NCBI GenBank assembly: GCA_029573015.1
Contig: JAKQHK010000101.1
Coordinates: 1-43,487 of the forward strand
Length of the DNA stretch: 43,487 nt
Origin: a bacterium
GTDB lineage: Bacteria > Patescibacteriota > CG2-30-54-11
Direction: 5' to 3'
Part shown: in pieces, positions 27,390 to 35,837 of the stretch
How positions within the stretch are numbered: the first letter of the stretch is position 1
How the letters are laid out: the number at the start of each line of letters is the position of its first letter
Notes under the pieces: model-generated
Database searches by the model: none
The model's input: only the letters and a program-made list of their open reading frames with translations
Told to the model about the DNA's origin: nothing
Translations under genes and position numbers: made by a program

Positions 27390-27851
27390 ATGGCAAAAAA
27401 ACGCTACGCAGTCGGACTCGGTACCTATGCCCAAAGCGATGATGGCATCGGGCTGCATATTATCGAGCATCTTAACGAAAAAGCACTCGCCCATGGCTTT
27501 GAAGCGATCGAGGTGGGCAATAACGGCCTGCAGCTCATCAACCTGTTTGCTGACCAGCCCGAGCGAATCGTGGTCGTTGATTGTGCGTATATAGGCAAAA
27601 AGCCCGGCGAGCTCCTTGTTTTCACTCCTGATGACGTCATGACCCAAAAAGTCACCGGAACGATATCAACGCATGAAGGTGATATCCTCAAGCTGATTGC
27701 TTTAGCCCGCCAGCTGAACTACGCCATCCCTCCGATCACCATCCTTGGCATCCAGCCACAAAGTACTGCTAACGGTATGGAGCTTTCCCCTGCCTTGCAG
27801 GACAATATACCGCTCTATGTTCAAGTAGTTATAGAAGAAATTTTTAAGTAG
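27390..27851 (+). CDS. Hydrogenase maturation protease
   Basis: GLG.....DDGIG, VVVDC....KPG, STH and I.ILGIQP......LSP motifs (HycI/HybD family). Confidence 0.93.
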   Translation: MAKKRYAVGLGTYAQSDDGIGLHIIEHLNEKALAHGFEAIEVGNNGLQLINLFADQPERIVVVDCAYIGKKPGELLVFTPDDVMTQKVTGTISTHEGDILKLIALARQLNYAIPPITILGIQPQSTANGMELSPALQDNIPLYVQVVIEEIFK

Positions 27852-27942
27852 CACAACGATGTAAAACGCCTTAATGATTGGAATCTACTGGACAAATGCT
27901 ACACTTATACTCCATACTAGCAAAGCATATCCCGTCTTTCGT

Positions 27943-28184
27943 GCCCCCTAAGTTTTAGTGAATCACCGCGAAGCGCCGCAGGCGGTGAGCGGATGATGAA
28001 CTTATCCTCGGAACGAAGAGAAGGTGGGTTAGTGAATCACCGCGAAGCGCCACAGGCGATGAGCGGATGATGAACTTATCCTCGGAACGAAGTTAAGACG
28101 GGTTAGTGAATTACCGCGAAGCGCCACAGGCGATGAGCGGATGATGAACTTATCCGCCGCAGCGAAGCGAAGGCGGACAACTGG
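27943..28184 (+). repeat. Interrupted 5' copy of tRNA-Arg(UCG) containing three tandem 74-75-nt hairpin units
   Basis: gccccctaagtt (27943-27954; tRNA has gcccccttagct), units starting at 27955, 28029 and 28103, then caactgg (28178-28184) resumes the tRNA D-loop. Confidence 0.88.
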
Positions 28185-28237
28185 GCAGATATACCTTAGT
28201 TCCTTACAATCTGTTTTAATAATACAATTACAAGCGT

Positions 28238-28314
28238 GCCCCCTTAGCTCAACTGGATAGAGTACCTGGCTTCGAACCAGATGGTTGGGGGTTCAAATCC
28301 TCCAGGGGGCACCA
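28238..28314 (+). tRNA. tRNA-Arg (UCG)
   Basis: GCCCCCTTAGCTCAACTGGATAGAGTACCTGGCTTCGAACCAGATGGTTGGGGGTTCAAATCCTCCAGGGGGCACCA; anticodon loop CTTCGAA, A20, CCA. Confidence 0.95.
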
Positions 28315-28337
28315 CCGACAATACAAACGATTGGGAT

Positions 28338-28479
28338 CAACCCAACCCGTCAGATCCCGTGAGCGCAGCGAAGCGGGATTCAAATCCTCCAGGGGGCACC
28401 AATGATAACATTTTCGAATAAGACCAACTCAACCCGTCAGATCCCGTGAACAGCGTGAAGCGGGATTCAAATCCTCCAG
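28338..28479 (+). repeat. Two 87-nt-period units: hairpin plus duplicated tRNA-Arg(UCG) 3' end
   Basis: caacccgtcag-atcccgtga..gaagcgggat-tcaaatcctccag(ggggcacca); 28379-28401 is identical to the last 23 nt of the tRNA. Confidence 0.88.
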
Positions 28480-28527
28480 TAGACCACCTGTGTTCCTATT
28501 TTTTCACTTAATCCGCAAGCATAATCC

Positions 28528-28824
28528 ATGGCAGCCATCAGACGTATCGTACTTGACACCCTCAAACCGCACGAACCCGGCATCATCGAACTGGCGGAAA
28601 AAATCAGCGACCAGCCCGGCGTCGACGCGGTCAATATCAGCATTTATGAAATGGACCGCAAAGTTGAAAATGCCAAGATCACCATCGAGGGGAATAATAT
28701 CCAAGTTGATGAAGTATTCAAGATTGTAAAAGATTATGGTGCCAGTATCCACTCCATCGATGAAGTCGTCGCCGGCAAAAAAATCATCGATGATTCCGAA
28801 ACTCCCCAGGACAGCTATAACTGA
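28528..28824 (+). CDS. DUF211 family protein
   Basis: IRR.VLD.LKPH.P.I.E.A, GV..VNI...E.D and G.SIHSIDEV..G motifs. Confidence 0.88.
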   Translation: MAAIRRIVLDTLKPHEPGIIELAEKISDQPGVDAVNISIYEMDRKVENAKITIEGNNIQVDEVFKIVKDYGASIHSIDEVVAGKKIIDDSETPQDSYN

Positions 28825-29408
28825 TGTTGCATCGACTCCGTACCGCCCTTACTGATCTTGATCGTATCACTGACGTTATCAGCATTGCCCGCCGCAATTT
28901 CGTCATGAATGCCTTTGATGGCGTTCTCACGATGACCGGAATCCTGGCTGGTTCCTACTTCGTCGGTATCGACGACCCCAAAATCGTGCTAGGAACCGGT
29001 TTCAGCACGGCGATAGCCATGGGCATATCCGGCATGTGGGGCGCCTTCCTGACTGAGCGTTCGGAGCGCCGACATGACATCAAGCAACTCGAACGGCACA
29101 CCCTTGCTGACCTGTCCGACTCTCATCTCGTTACCGCCTCGCATCAGGCTACCATAATCATAACCCTTGTGGGTCTTGCCCCGCTACTGGCAGCCCTGTC
29201 TGTGTTATCACCGTTTCTGTTCTCCTTCCTGTTCCCATCCATAACCATGATGTATTTCAGCTCACTGGCTCTCATCATACTTCTGCTGTTTAGCTTGGGG
29301 ACGTTCCTCGGAACCATTTCAAAAGAAAACATCCTGCTATCAGGCCTCCGTCTCTTGGCTGCTGGCATCATCTGTATCGGCATCCTGCTCATGATAGAAA
29401 CGTTATAG
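28824..29408 (+). CDS. VIT1/CCC1-like membrane protein
   Basis: RR.FV.N.FDG.LT..G, A.G.SG..GA.LTE..ER motifs; about 5 TMs; coupled to DUF211. Confidence 0.85.
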   Translation: MLHRLRTALTDLDRITDVISIARRNFVMNAFDGVLTMTGILAGSYFVGIDDPKIVLGTGFSTAIAMGISGMWGAFLTERSERRHDIKQLERHTLADLSDSHLVTASHQATIIITLVGLAPLLAALSVLSPFLFSFLFPSITMMYFSSLALIILLLFSLGTFLGTISKENILLSGLRLLAAGIICIGILLMIETL

Positions 29409-29441
29409 CGTTGACGCGTTATCAAATCTTATTCTTCCAAC

Positions 29442-29480
29442 AAAAAAAGAGCAGACTCGCAATATCGAGGCTGCTCTTTT
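29442..29480. terminator. Bidirectional terminator
   Basis: aaaaaaagagcag...ctgctctttt between convergent genes. Confidence 0.75.
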
Positions 29481-29505
29481 CATATGCTGAAATTTTGGGT
29501 ATGTC

Positions 29506-30690
29506 TTAAAAAACCGGCTTGGCGATAAAGATCAATTCGTGCGCGTAGTTACCCGAAGGCTGCAAATTATTCACCTCGAGCTGCAAGGTGATATTAGTAT
29601 AATCCTGGCCCTCGATATCACTTTGCGTTGCTTCATGATGATACAGAATTTCTTCTGATGTTGTGGTGAATCCGGCATATTTGGTAGCAGTAGCGAACCG
29701 ATTGGGACCATCCCCAACTGTATTCAATGTCGTATCGCTGGTGGTATAACCGAGAAACCCTGTATCAACCCCCAGCGTTGTTCCAGTCGGTGATGTCCAG
29801 TCTACCGGAGCATCATTAGTCCCAACCGCGACATTCTTGATTGGGTCAATATCAATTGTCGGGTCCACCGCATGCAGCATATTGGTATCCTGTTTGATGT
29901 AAACGGTGAAACCGTTCTGCGCATCAGTATTGACTTTGGCACGCATCACCGCGGTCTTGGCCACTCCCGGAGTGATTTCCCGCCATTCGATGAGGTTGGG
30001 GGCAATCACACCCCCATCCGGAGGGGTAATTCCGGATATCTCAAAGGTCATATGCGGTTTTTGTCCCGCATACTCCTCAACATGCTCAATCGTAGCAACG
30101 AGTAATTCAATCGTGTCGATTATCACACTGCTTCCGTCTGCAGAAGTTATATCCACAGACCATACATCTCCGGAGCCAATTGGATTTACTTTCGCCGGAT
30201 TGACGATCTGCTCTGCGCCCGTCACCCCGTACGTGGCTATAGTACCGATCTCTATGACAATCGCAGAATCTGCAGCCACAGTATCCGTATCGTTGTTTGT
30301 CAGAACTAGCGATCCGCTCGTGCCGCTCGTCACCGCCACGCCCCAGGCGCTTCCTGCTCCGCTGCCGGCTGAGGCAGCCAGAGGCACATCTGATCCGTTC
30401 AGCGAAAGATCACAATCTTCGTAATCCATAGCAACCGGGATCGTAAAATATGTCGCTTCCGGTTCGATCGTGATCGTCCCACCAGCTGGTATCGCCTGTT
30501 TGTTTGTCAGCGTGATTATCCAGTCGGATCCCGTAGCTGGTTTGGATTCAAGTAGTTCAACGCTCGCATCATAAAACTGCATTTGTACCGCATGCGCACC
30601 CCGGCTCGAGAGCAACACGACAGCAAAACAACCCATAACAGCCAAAGCAGATATTAGTGCCGTATGCAAACGGTATCGCGAATTCATCAT
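29506..30690 (-). CDS. Secreted beta-rich hypothetical protein
   Basis: Signal peptide (AHA cleavage site); T/S/G-rich; V.TDA..GF.VY motif and C-terminal Q.SG.Y...L.FIA.P.F typical of CPR surface proteins. Confidence 0.8.
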   Translation of the reverse strand: MMNSRYRLHTALISALAVMGCFAVVLLSSRGAHAVQMQFYDASVELLESKPATGSDWIITLTNKQAIPAGGTITIEPEATYFTIPVAMDYEDCDLSLNGSDVPLAASAGSGAGSAWGVAVTSGTSGSLVLTNNDTDTVAADSAIVIEIGTIATYGVTGAEQIVNPAKVNPIGSGDVWSVDITSADGSSVIIDTIELLVATIEHVEEYAGQKPHMTFEISGITPPDGGVIAPNLIEWREITPGVAKTAVMRAKVNTDAQNGFTVYIKQDTNMLHAVDPTIDIDPIKNVAVGTNDAPVDWTSPTGTTLGVDTGFLGYTTSDTTLNTVGDGPNRFATATKYAGFTTTSEEILYHHEATQSDIEGQDYTNITLQLEVNNLQPSGNYAHELIFIAKPVF

Positions 30691-30773
30691 GCGTTTATCC
30701 TGTATATACCTGTATAATCAGCCTTTCCCATAGTACCGCAAGTCAGAAGCGGTTGTCCAGCGCGCAAATACCC

Positions 30774-30802
30774 TTGCAGAGCCAGGACGGGATTGGTAAA
30801 AT
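30774..30802 (+). promoter_or_regulatory. Promoter of the tRNA-Lys locus (TTGCAG-N17-TAAAAT, with TG extension)
   Basis: ttgcag at 30774-30779 and taaaat at 30797-30802, 24 nt before the broken tRNA copy. Confidence 0.65.
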
Positions 30803-30826
30803 ACTGTTTGTCGCATAAATAGGCGC

Positions 30827-30942
30827 GGGTCGCTAGCTTCAGATCATTCGATCTGATAAACAATCGGTAGTTAGTTGCCTCTTAAGCAATTGGTTCAGGG
30901 TTTCCGGTCATCCGACCGGACCGGGTCGTATGACCCGGCGAG
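30827..30942 (+). pseudogene. Interrupted, 3'-truncated copy of tRNA-Lys with two hairpin inserts
   Basis: gggtcgctagct[tcagatcattcgatctgataaa]caatcggtagttagttgcctcttaagcaattggttcagggtt[tccggtcatccgaccgga ccgggtcgtatgacccgg]cgag. Confidence 0.9.
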
Positions 30943-30972
30943 TTATGTTTAATAACCCACTATGCTGTCTCA

Positions 30973-31254
30973 ATGTATTACGTCTATTTTCTACTCCTCG
31001 CCAATGGCGACATATACAAAGGTTCGTGTTCTGATGTGCAACAACGTCTGATTGATCATCAAAACGGTCGTGTCAAATCCACCCAGCATTATCTGCCATT
31101 TCATCTTATCGGATACGAATGTTATTATTTAAAAAGTGATGCGCTGAGAAGAGAAAAATTCCTGAAAACAACAGAGGGGCGTCGTTTACTCAAACAGCAA
31201 TATAAGGATATAATTAATCATCTGACCGAAAATATTTCCCAAACGGGTCGCTAG
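30973..31254 (+). CDS. Small GIY-YIG nuclease (UPF0213/SLX1-like)
   Basis: MYYVYFL....G.IYKG...D...RL..H..G...ST..Y.P..L..YE......A..RE.FLKT..GR; its last codons and stop lie within the tRNA-Lys 5' end. Confidence 0.93.
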   Translation: MYYVYFLLLANGDIYKGSCSDVQQRLIDHQNGRVKSTQHYLPFHLIGYECYYLKSDALRREKFLKTTEGRRLLKQQYKDIINHLTENISQTGR

Positions 31255-31319
31255 CTCAATGGTAGAGCAGTTGCCTCTTAAGCAATTGGTTCAGGGTTCG
31301 AGCCCCTGGCGACCCACCA
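31245..31319 (+). tRNA. tRNA-Lys (CUU)
   Basis: GGGTCGCTAGCTCAATGGTAGAGCAGTTGCCTCTTAAGCAATTGGTTCAGGGTTCGAGCCCCTGGCGACCCACCA; anticodon CTT. Confidence 0.96.
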
Positions 31320-31344
31320 TATAGTCATTTTTTCCTGTTTGACA

Positions 31345-31779
31345 TCAGGGGCGAGAAGTAAGATCCCCTGCAATCCCGAAGCTCTGGGATGGAAGGGGAA
31401 GCCCCTGGTTTACCCGCCGAACCCTGAACGAAGTGAAGGGGAAGGCGGGCGACCCACCACAGATCTTAACGAATCGGCCAACGGACGATGAGTTTAGAAA
31501 TGTGGTGTACCGGATGATGTCAGATCAGCATCCGGTACAGAGCAAGAAAACGTTAGTATGCAAAGCGTTTCCACAGGATGGAAAATTTTTTTATCAGGGG
31601 CGAGACGTACAGCCCTGAGTATAGAGAAGAACAAGGTCCGCTGTAGTCAGCCAAAGGCTGACGGAAGCGGAAGCCCCTGGTTTACCCGCCGAACCCTGAA
31701 CGAAGTGAAGGGGAAGGCGGGCGACCCACCACAGATCTTAACGAATCGGCCAACGGACGATGAGTTTAGAGATGTGGTG
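31345..31779 (+). repeat. Two interrupted 3' copies of tRNA-Lys, including a 111-bp direct repeat (31397-31507 and 31669-31779, 1 mismatch)
   Basis: tcaggggcgag[variable hairpin..gaag]cccctgg[tttacccgcc..ggcggg]cgacccacca at 31345-31459 and 31594-31731. Confidence 0.9.
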
Positions 31780-31835
31780 AATTGATTGACGCACCAGCGA
31801 CAACTAAAACTATATAAAACATCGGTTGTAAGCAG

Positions 31836-31863
31836 GCTCTTCCTCGTAGGAAGAGCTTTTTTT
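31836..31863 (+). terminator. Intrinsic terminator closing the tRNA-Lys locus
   Basis: gctcttcct-cgt-aggaagagc-ttttttt. Confidence 0.8.
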
Positions 31864-32041
31864 GACTTGCGATAATCGCCCCCAGTACTGATAGACTAGG
31901 TATGCAATATGACGGCACAAACTGCTAAAACATTATATTGCCTCGAACATCTGATCAGCGCACACTGCTAACGCTTAACTATATACCGCTAGCACCAGCA
32001 ACACTAGGTCGAATAATAATCTTTCATATAAAGGCATCTTG

Positions 32042-32317
32042 ATGTCGGATTTAACCGAAGACAAAACAGAGTTAGCTATACAAGCGGTGAGACTTGTAAA
32101 TGAGATTCGAGAAAAAATGAACGAACCCGGAGCTGATAAACTTGCATTATGCCAAGATATTATCAACGCTATGAAAAGATTACACCTGACCTTAGAGGAA
32201 CCGCTTGATCCGGCTTTTACAGAAGCATACAATGATTTACAAAACTTGAAATCATCATTGAAATGCGATGGATCTGACTGGCTTGCTTCATTAACGCAGG
32301 AAGCTTCTCGTGCATAA
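32042..32317 (+). CDS. Small hypothetical helical protein
   Basis: ATG ORF overlapping the start of the next gene by 8 nt. Confidence 0.55.
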   Translation: MSDLTEDKTELAIQAVRLVNEIREKMNEPGADKLALCQDIINAMKRLHLTLEEPLDPAFTEAYNDLQNLKSSLKCDGSDWLASLTQEASRA

Positions 32318-32840
32318 ATTAACCTGCTCCCTATTGATTATCTCCTTGATCTCCCTGCTGTCTGGCTGTACCTTTTTTGAAAAAAAGAGCAAAAAACCGG
32401 TTTATATCCGTATCAAAGCATCCGAGCACTACACAGAGGACATTAAGCTCGAGACCGGCGATGTCACCATAGAAGGCAATGCAGTAGTCACTGGCAGGAT
32501 CAGCATCGCCAACGGAAGTCTGACGATTGGCAATTCAGTCACCATGGAAGCGCCCGTCTCTATGGGCAATGGCACGGTCAATATCGGCAGCAATGGACAA
32601 TTCCTGCAAGCGGTCAGTGTTGATCGCGGCGACCTGCAGGCCAGCAATTCCAACTCTTTTCATGACATTACCGCGAGCCAAGGCAATGTGCGCCTTGGCA
32701 GCAACAACTCGGTATTTGGTGATATTGGCGCTCCGCAGGGCGAGGTCAGCATCGTTAACTCTAACTCGATCGAAGGGGACATCACCGCTTCCCGCTTCAC
32801 CCAGGGTGGCAATAACACGATCACCGGATCCCATCCGTAA
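32310..32840 (+). CDS. Lipoprotein with beta-solenoid (bactofilin/adhesin-like) repeats
   Basis: Lipobox LSGC; ~17-aa repeats of the form G.I....G.V.IG.N. Confidence 0.8.
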   Translation: MHKLTCSLLIISLISLLSGCTFFEKKSKKPVYIRIKASEHYTEDIKLETGDVTIEGNAVVTGRISIANGSLTIGNSVTMEAPVSMGNGTVNIGSNGQFLQAVSVDRGDLQASNSNSFHDITASQGNVRLGSNNSVFGDIGAPQGEVSIVNSNSIEGDITASRFTQGGNNTITGSHP

Positions 32841-32859
32841 GCGAACAACGTACAAAATA

Positions 32860-32887
32860 AAAAAAGCTGCCTGCAGGCAGCTTTTTT
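32860..32887. terminator. Bidirectional terminator (perfect 28-bp palindrome)
   Basis: aaaaaagctgcctgcaggcagctttttt. Confidence 0.8.
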
Positions 32888-32928
32888 GGTATAACCCAAG
32901 AAGTCACTGTTAACAGCACTCACACGCT

Positions 32929-33729
32929 CTATTCGACTATGCCATATCTCAGATTAACCGCTGTCTTCACCTCGACCTGTCCGGCACTAATGGCATCGGA
33001 GAGGCCGGCACTCGCCTCGTCAAAGGAAACCGCCTGATTGGCAAAACTGCTGTAGTAGTACGGCTGGTAGTCATAATGCACTGCTTCCGCTTCGAGTAGT
33101 TGACCAAGAGTAACATCAAGTTCCTTGGCTAAATATCCAGCCCGCTCCGTGGCCATATCCGCTGCCAGGCTGTAGGCTTTCTGGCGCGCGGCCTCGAAGT
33201 CCTTGAGGGTAAACTCCAGCGAACCGATCGAATTAGCTCCGGCACCGACTGCAGCATTGATGACTTCCCCGACTTTGTCCAGCTGTTCCAGACGGATGTA
33301 AAGATTACTCGAAACGATAAAAAAATCTATCTTTTTTTCGTCACCCCAGACTGAGCTGTCCTCATAGTAGGGTTGCACAGAATAATTCGATGTCTGGAGA
33401 TTCTTGTCCTCTACCCCAAGGTTCTTGATCGCAGTGATCACGTTACCCATGGTCTGCGTGGCGGCGCTTTGCGCTTCCTCAACGGTCTCCTTACGGACCT
33501 CCACGCCCACGCTCAACTTCACCAGATCAGGAGCCACATACGCTGTGCCTGATCCGCTGACTGAAAGACCTCCGGTCTGTTCCTCGATAGTTGCCCCTGT
33601 TCCGGCCAAGCTCACTTTCAACGACTTGGCTGGCAGCAGGGCAGCGGTAACCAGAGCGCTGATCCCAGCGACCAGCAGAACTGCCCCAACCGCAACACCG
33701 ACAGTAATGACTTGACGCTGCTTTTCCAT
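32929..33729 (-). CDS. SIMPL (DUF541) domain protein
   Basis: SVSGSG.....PD.....GV, ..LQT..YSV.P.Y, ...AGAN.I....F motifs; AAAGGAG RBS before ATG 33729. Confidence 0.92.
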   Translation of the reverse strand: MEKQRQVITVGVAVGAVLLVAGISALVTAALLPAKSLKVSLAGTGATIEEQTGGLSVSGSGTAYVAPDLVKLSVGVEVRKETVEEAQSAATQTMGNVITAIKNLGVEDKNLQTSNYSVQPYYEDSSVWGDEKKIDFFIVSSNLYIRLEQLDKVGEVINAAVGAGANSIGSLEFTLKDFEAARQKAYSLAADMATERAGYLAKELDVTLGQLLEAEAVHYDYQPYYYSSFANQAVSFDEASAGLSDAISAGQVEVKTAVNLRYGIVE

Positions 33730-33867
33730 GTTTCTCCTTTGTGTAATCAAGATAAACTAATACGGATAGTAACACGAATAATCAAGGAACGTAACAGCAC
33801 ATGAGAATGTTAAAGTTACAGGCATTATGCTAAAATGCGTCTGTCATATTTTTAAACACACCAGAGC

Positions 33868-35514
33868 ATGTACCGATACTTCTGGCGCCTGATGCTCTCT
33901 TTTTTGATATGGGCGGTTATCGCACCTATAAGTCAGACTTGTGCTGCGACATCGAACACCAAGACCATGACGCTCAAGGCAAAAGATGATACATACGTAA
34001 CGCAGGCAGCTCCCCAGAAAAACTATGGTTCAGAAAAAGACCTGCAGGTAAGCTACAGCGATGAGGAAGAAACCGCGGTGGAAGAAACGTATCTGTTCTT
34101 TGACCTGACTGCACTGCCGGAAAAAGCCACCATCACCAATGCTACACTCTCTCTCTATCTAAAATCAGGGACTATTACTGGAGCGCGCACCTTTGAGCTT
34201 AAACCAGTCAGTGCGCCCTGGACCCAGTCGACGCTCAACTGGAGCAATAAGCCAGAAACAGGTGACGGCATCGAGACCAAATCACTCAAACAGGATGCAG
34301 TCGGAGATTTTGTTATCTGGGGCGCTGCATCAACGCATGACACTCCCTCGGATGACGAGCTCACCAGTACCATCAAGCAGTGGCACGCAGCACCGACCAG
34401 TCAGTATGGCTTTGCCCTGCTTGGTCCAGAGGCTGCACCGGCGTATTCCTGCGTTTTCGCCAGCTCTGAGTCAGCCAGCAATGTTCCTGAACTGAAAATT
34501 ACCTACACACTCCCGGGACCAGTGATTTCTGGGGTTACCGCCAGTGACCTGACCAATACCTCGGCCCGGATCACCTGGAGCACGACTGACCAGGCAAATT
34601 CCTATGTCGAATACGGCACATCGACAAATCTCGGCACCACCATCGGAACAGATGAATATGTTTTCAGCCATGCGGTCACTCTCCAGAATCTGCAGCCCGC
34701 GACAACCTACCAGTACCAGGTACAATCAACTGACAAGGAAGGTCTGATCTCCACGTCTGACATCCTGTCTTTTGTAACACTGGCGGTCGCCGCGACCGAC
34801 ACCAGCGCTAATGAACCGGAAGTAACCGCCACAGGCGAAGAGGAAATCGTGGAGGAGCAGCTTGATCAGGCTGCAGCTCTTGCAGACAAACAGGCTGAGG
34901 AGCAAGCACGTTCCCAGGCTCTAGACCAGAATGCCAATGCCTACACACCGAGCACGCAGGAACAGGAAGCAGCCGCAGATGCTACTGCCCTGTCACTGAC
35001 AGCAAGCGATCAGATGAGCAGCGGTACGCGCAATTCCCTGGAGAAGTCGAAAGATTTTTTCCTGAAAATCGCACCGTTTGTTCTGTTGACGTTATTTCTG
35101 TTTCTGGTGTTTAAAAATTCATTAAGCGGCTACATGCATGAGACAATCCAGAAACACCCTGATTCTCCACCGGTTTCCCCACCTTCTGGCCCTGAAATTC
35201 GACCTACAGCTGGCACGACGCCATCATATTCTTCCGAATTCCCAAAAAATTATAAGCAAAACAGCACTGCTGCACCGGCTTATCCTGCACCAAGTGTAAC
35301 CACGACCAACCAACACATCTATGTGCAGGAAATGCCTGACCAGACACCAGCACCTGCTGAAAAAAATACTCCCAGCCCAGGACACGTCGTCAACCTAAGT
35401 TCAGCCATGCCCCGCCCGCCACTTGTCAGCAGGCTGCCTGCGCTGAAGCTCTCGCAACCGCAGGCAGCGAGATCGAACACACTCGACTTAAGCATAAAAA
35501 ATAAAGGGGGCTGA
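33868..35514 (+). CDS. Surface protein: signal peptide, DNRLRE/CBM96-like domain, FN3-like domain, TM, Pro-rich tail
   Basis: DDTYV...P..NYG, YL.FDL..LP..A.I..A.L.LY, W......W...P, F.SSE....P.L.ITY; then A.ITW.T.....S.VEYG..H.V.L..L.P.T.Y.Y.V.S. Confidence 0.85.
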   Translation: MYRYFWRLMLSFLIWAVIAPISQTCAATSNTKTMTLKAKDDTYVTQAAPQKNYGSEKDLQVSYSDEEETAVEETYLFFDLTALPEKATITNATLSLYLKSGTITGARTFELKPVSAPWTQSTLNWSNKPETGDGIETKSLKQDAVGDFVIWGAASTHDTPSDDELTSTIKQWHAAPTSQYGFALLGPEAAPAYSCVFASSESASNVPELKITYTLPGPVISGVTASDLTNTSARITWSTTDQANSYVEYGTSTNLGTTIGTDEYVFSHAVTLQNLQPATTYQYQVQSTDKEGLISTSDILSFVTLAVAATDTSANEPEVTATGEEEIVEEQLDQAAALADKQAEEQARSQALDQNANAYTPSTQEQEAAADATALSLTASDQMSSGTRNSLEKSKDFFLKIAPFVLLTLFLFLVFKNSLSGYMHETIQKHPDSPPVSPPSGPEIRPTAGTTPSYSSEFPKNYKQNSTAAPAYPAPSVTTTNQHIYVQEMPDQTPAPAEKNTPSPGHVVNLSSAMPRPPLVSRLPALKLSQPQAARSNTLDLSIKNKGG

Positions 35515-35523
35515 TAACTCCCT

Positions 35524-35751
35524 TTATTTTTTATCTGTGGTGCCGGACGACTGACTTGCTGCTGACCCGGTTTTTTTCCGGCTGTCGTTCTTGTAAAATC
35601 CACTTCCTTTGAAAACAACCCCCGGTGCATGCATCACCTTGAAAACCCGTCCTGGACACTGCGGACAGCTTGTATCCGGTGGATCGTTGAATGCCTGCCA
35701 TTTTTCATAGGTAAATCCACAAATTCTGCATTGATACTCATAAATCGGCAT
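35524..35751 (-). CDS. FmdB-family zinc-ribbon protein
   Basis: MPIYEY.C..CG, CP.C and FKGSGFY..D motifs. Confidence 0.92.
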   Translation of the reverse strand: MPIYEYQCRICGFTYEKWQAFNDPPDTSCPQCPGRVFKVMHAPGVVFKGSGFYKNDSRKKTGSAASQSSGTTDKK

Positions 35752-35837
35752 AGACCCTACCGCACTCTTTATAGAAAATAATAAAGCAATCACCCATTTG
35801 AAAAGTATAATCAGAAACAGGTGTGCTGTCCACTACC

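Noticed and set aside
27955-28177. Possible CRISPR array
   Set aside because: The 53-nt repeats are too long, the ~21-nt 'spacers' resemble each other, no cas genes are present, and the array sits inside a tRNA copy.
30827-31319. Group I intron or split tRNA with a homing endonuclease
   Set aside because: The downstream tRNA is complete by itself, the upstream copy duplicates rather than complements it, and no intron core is evident.
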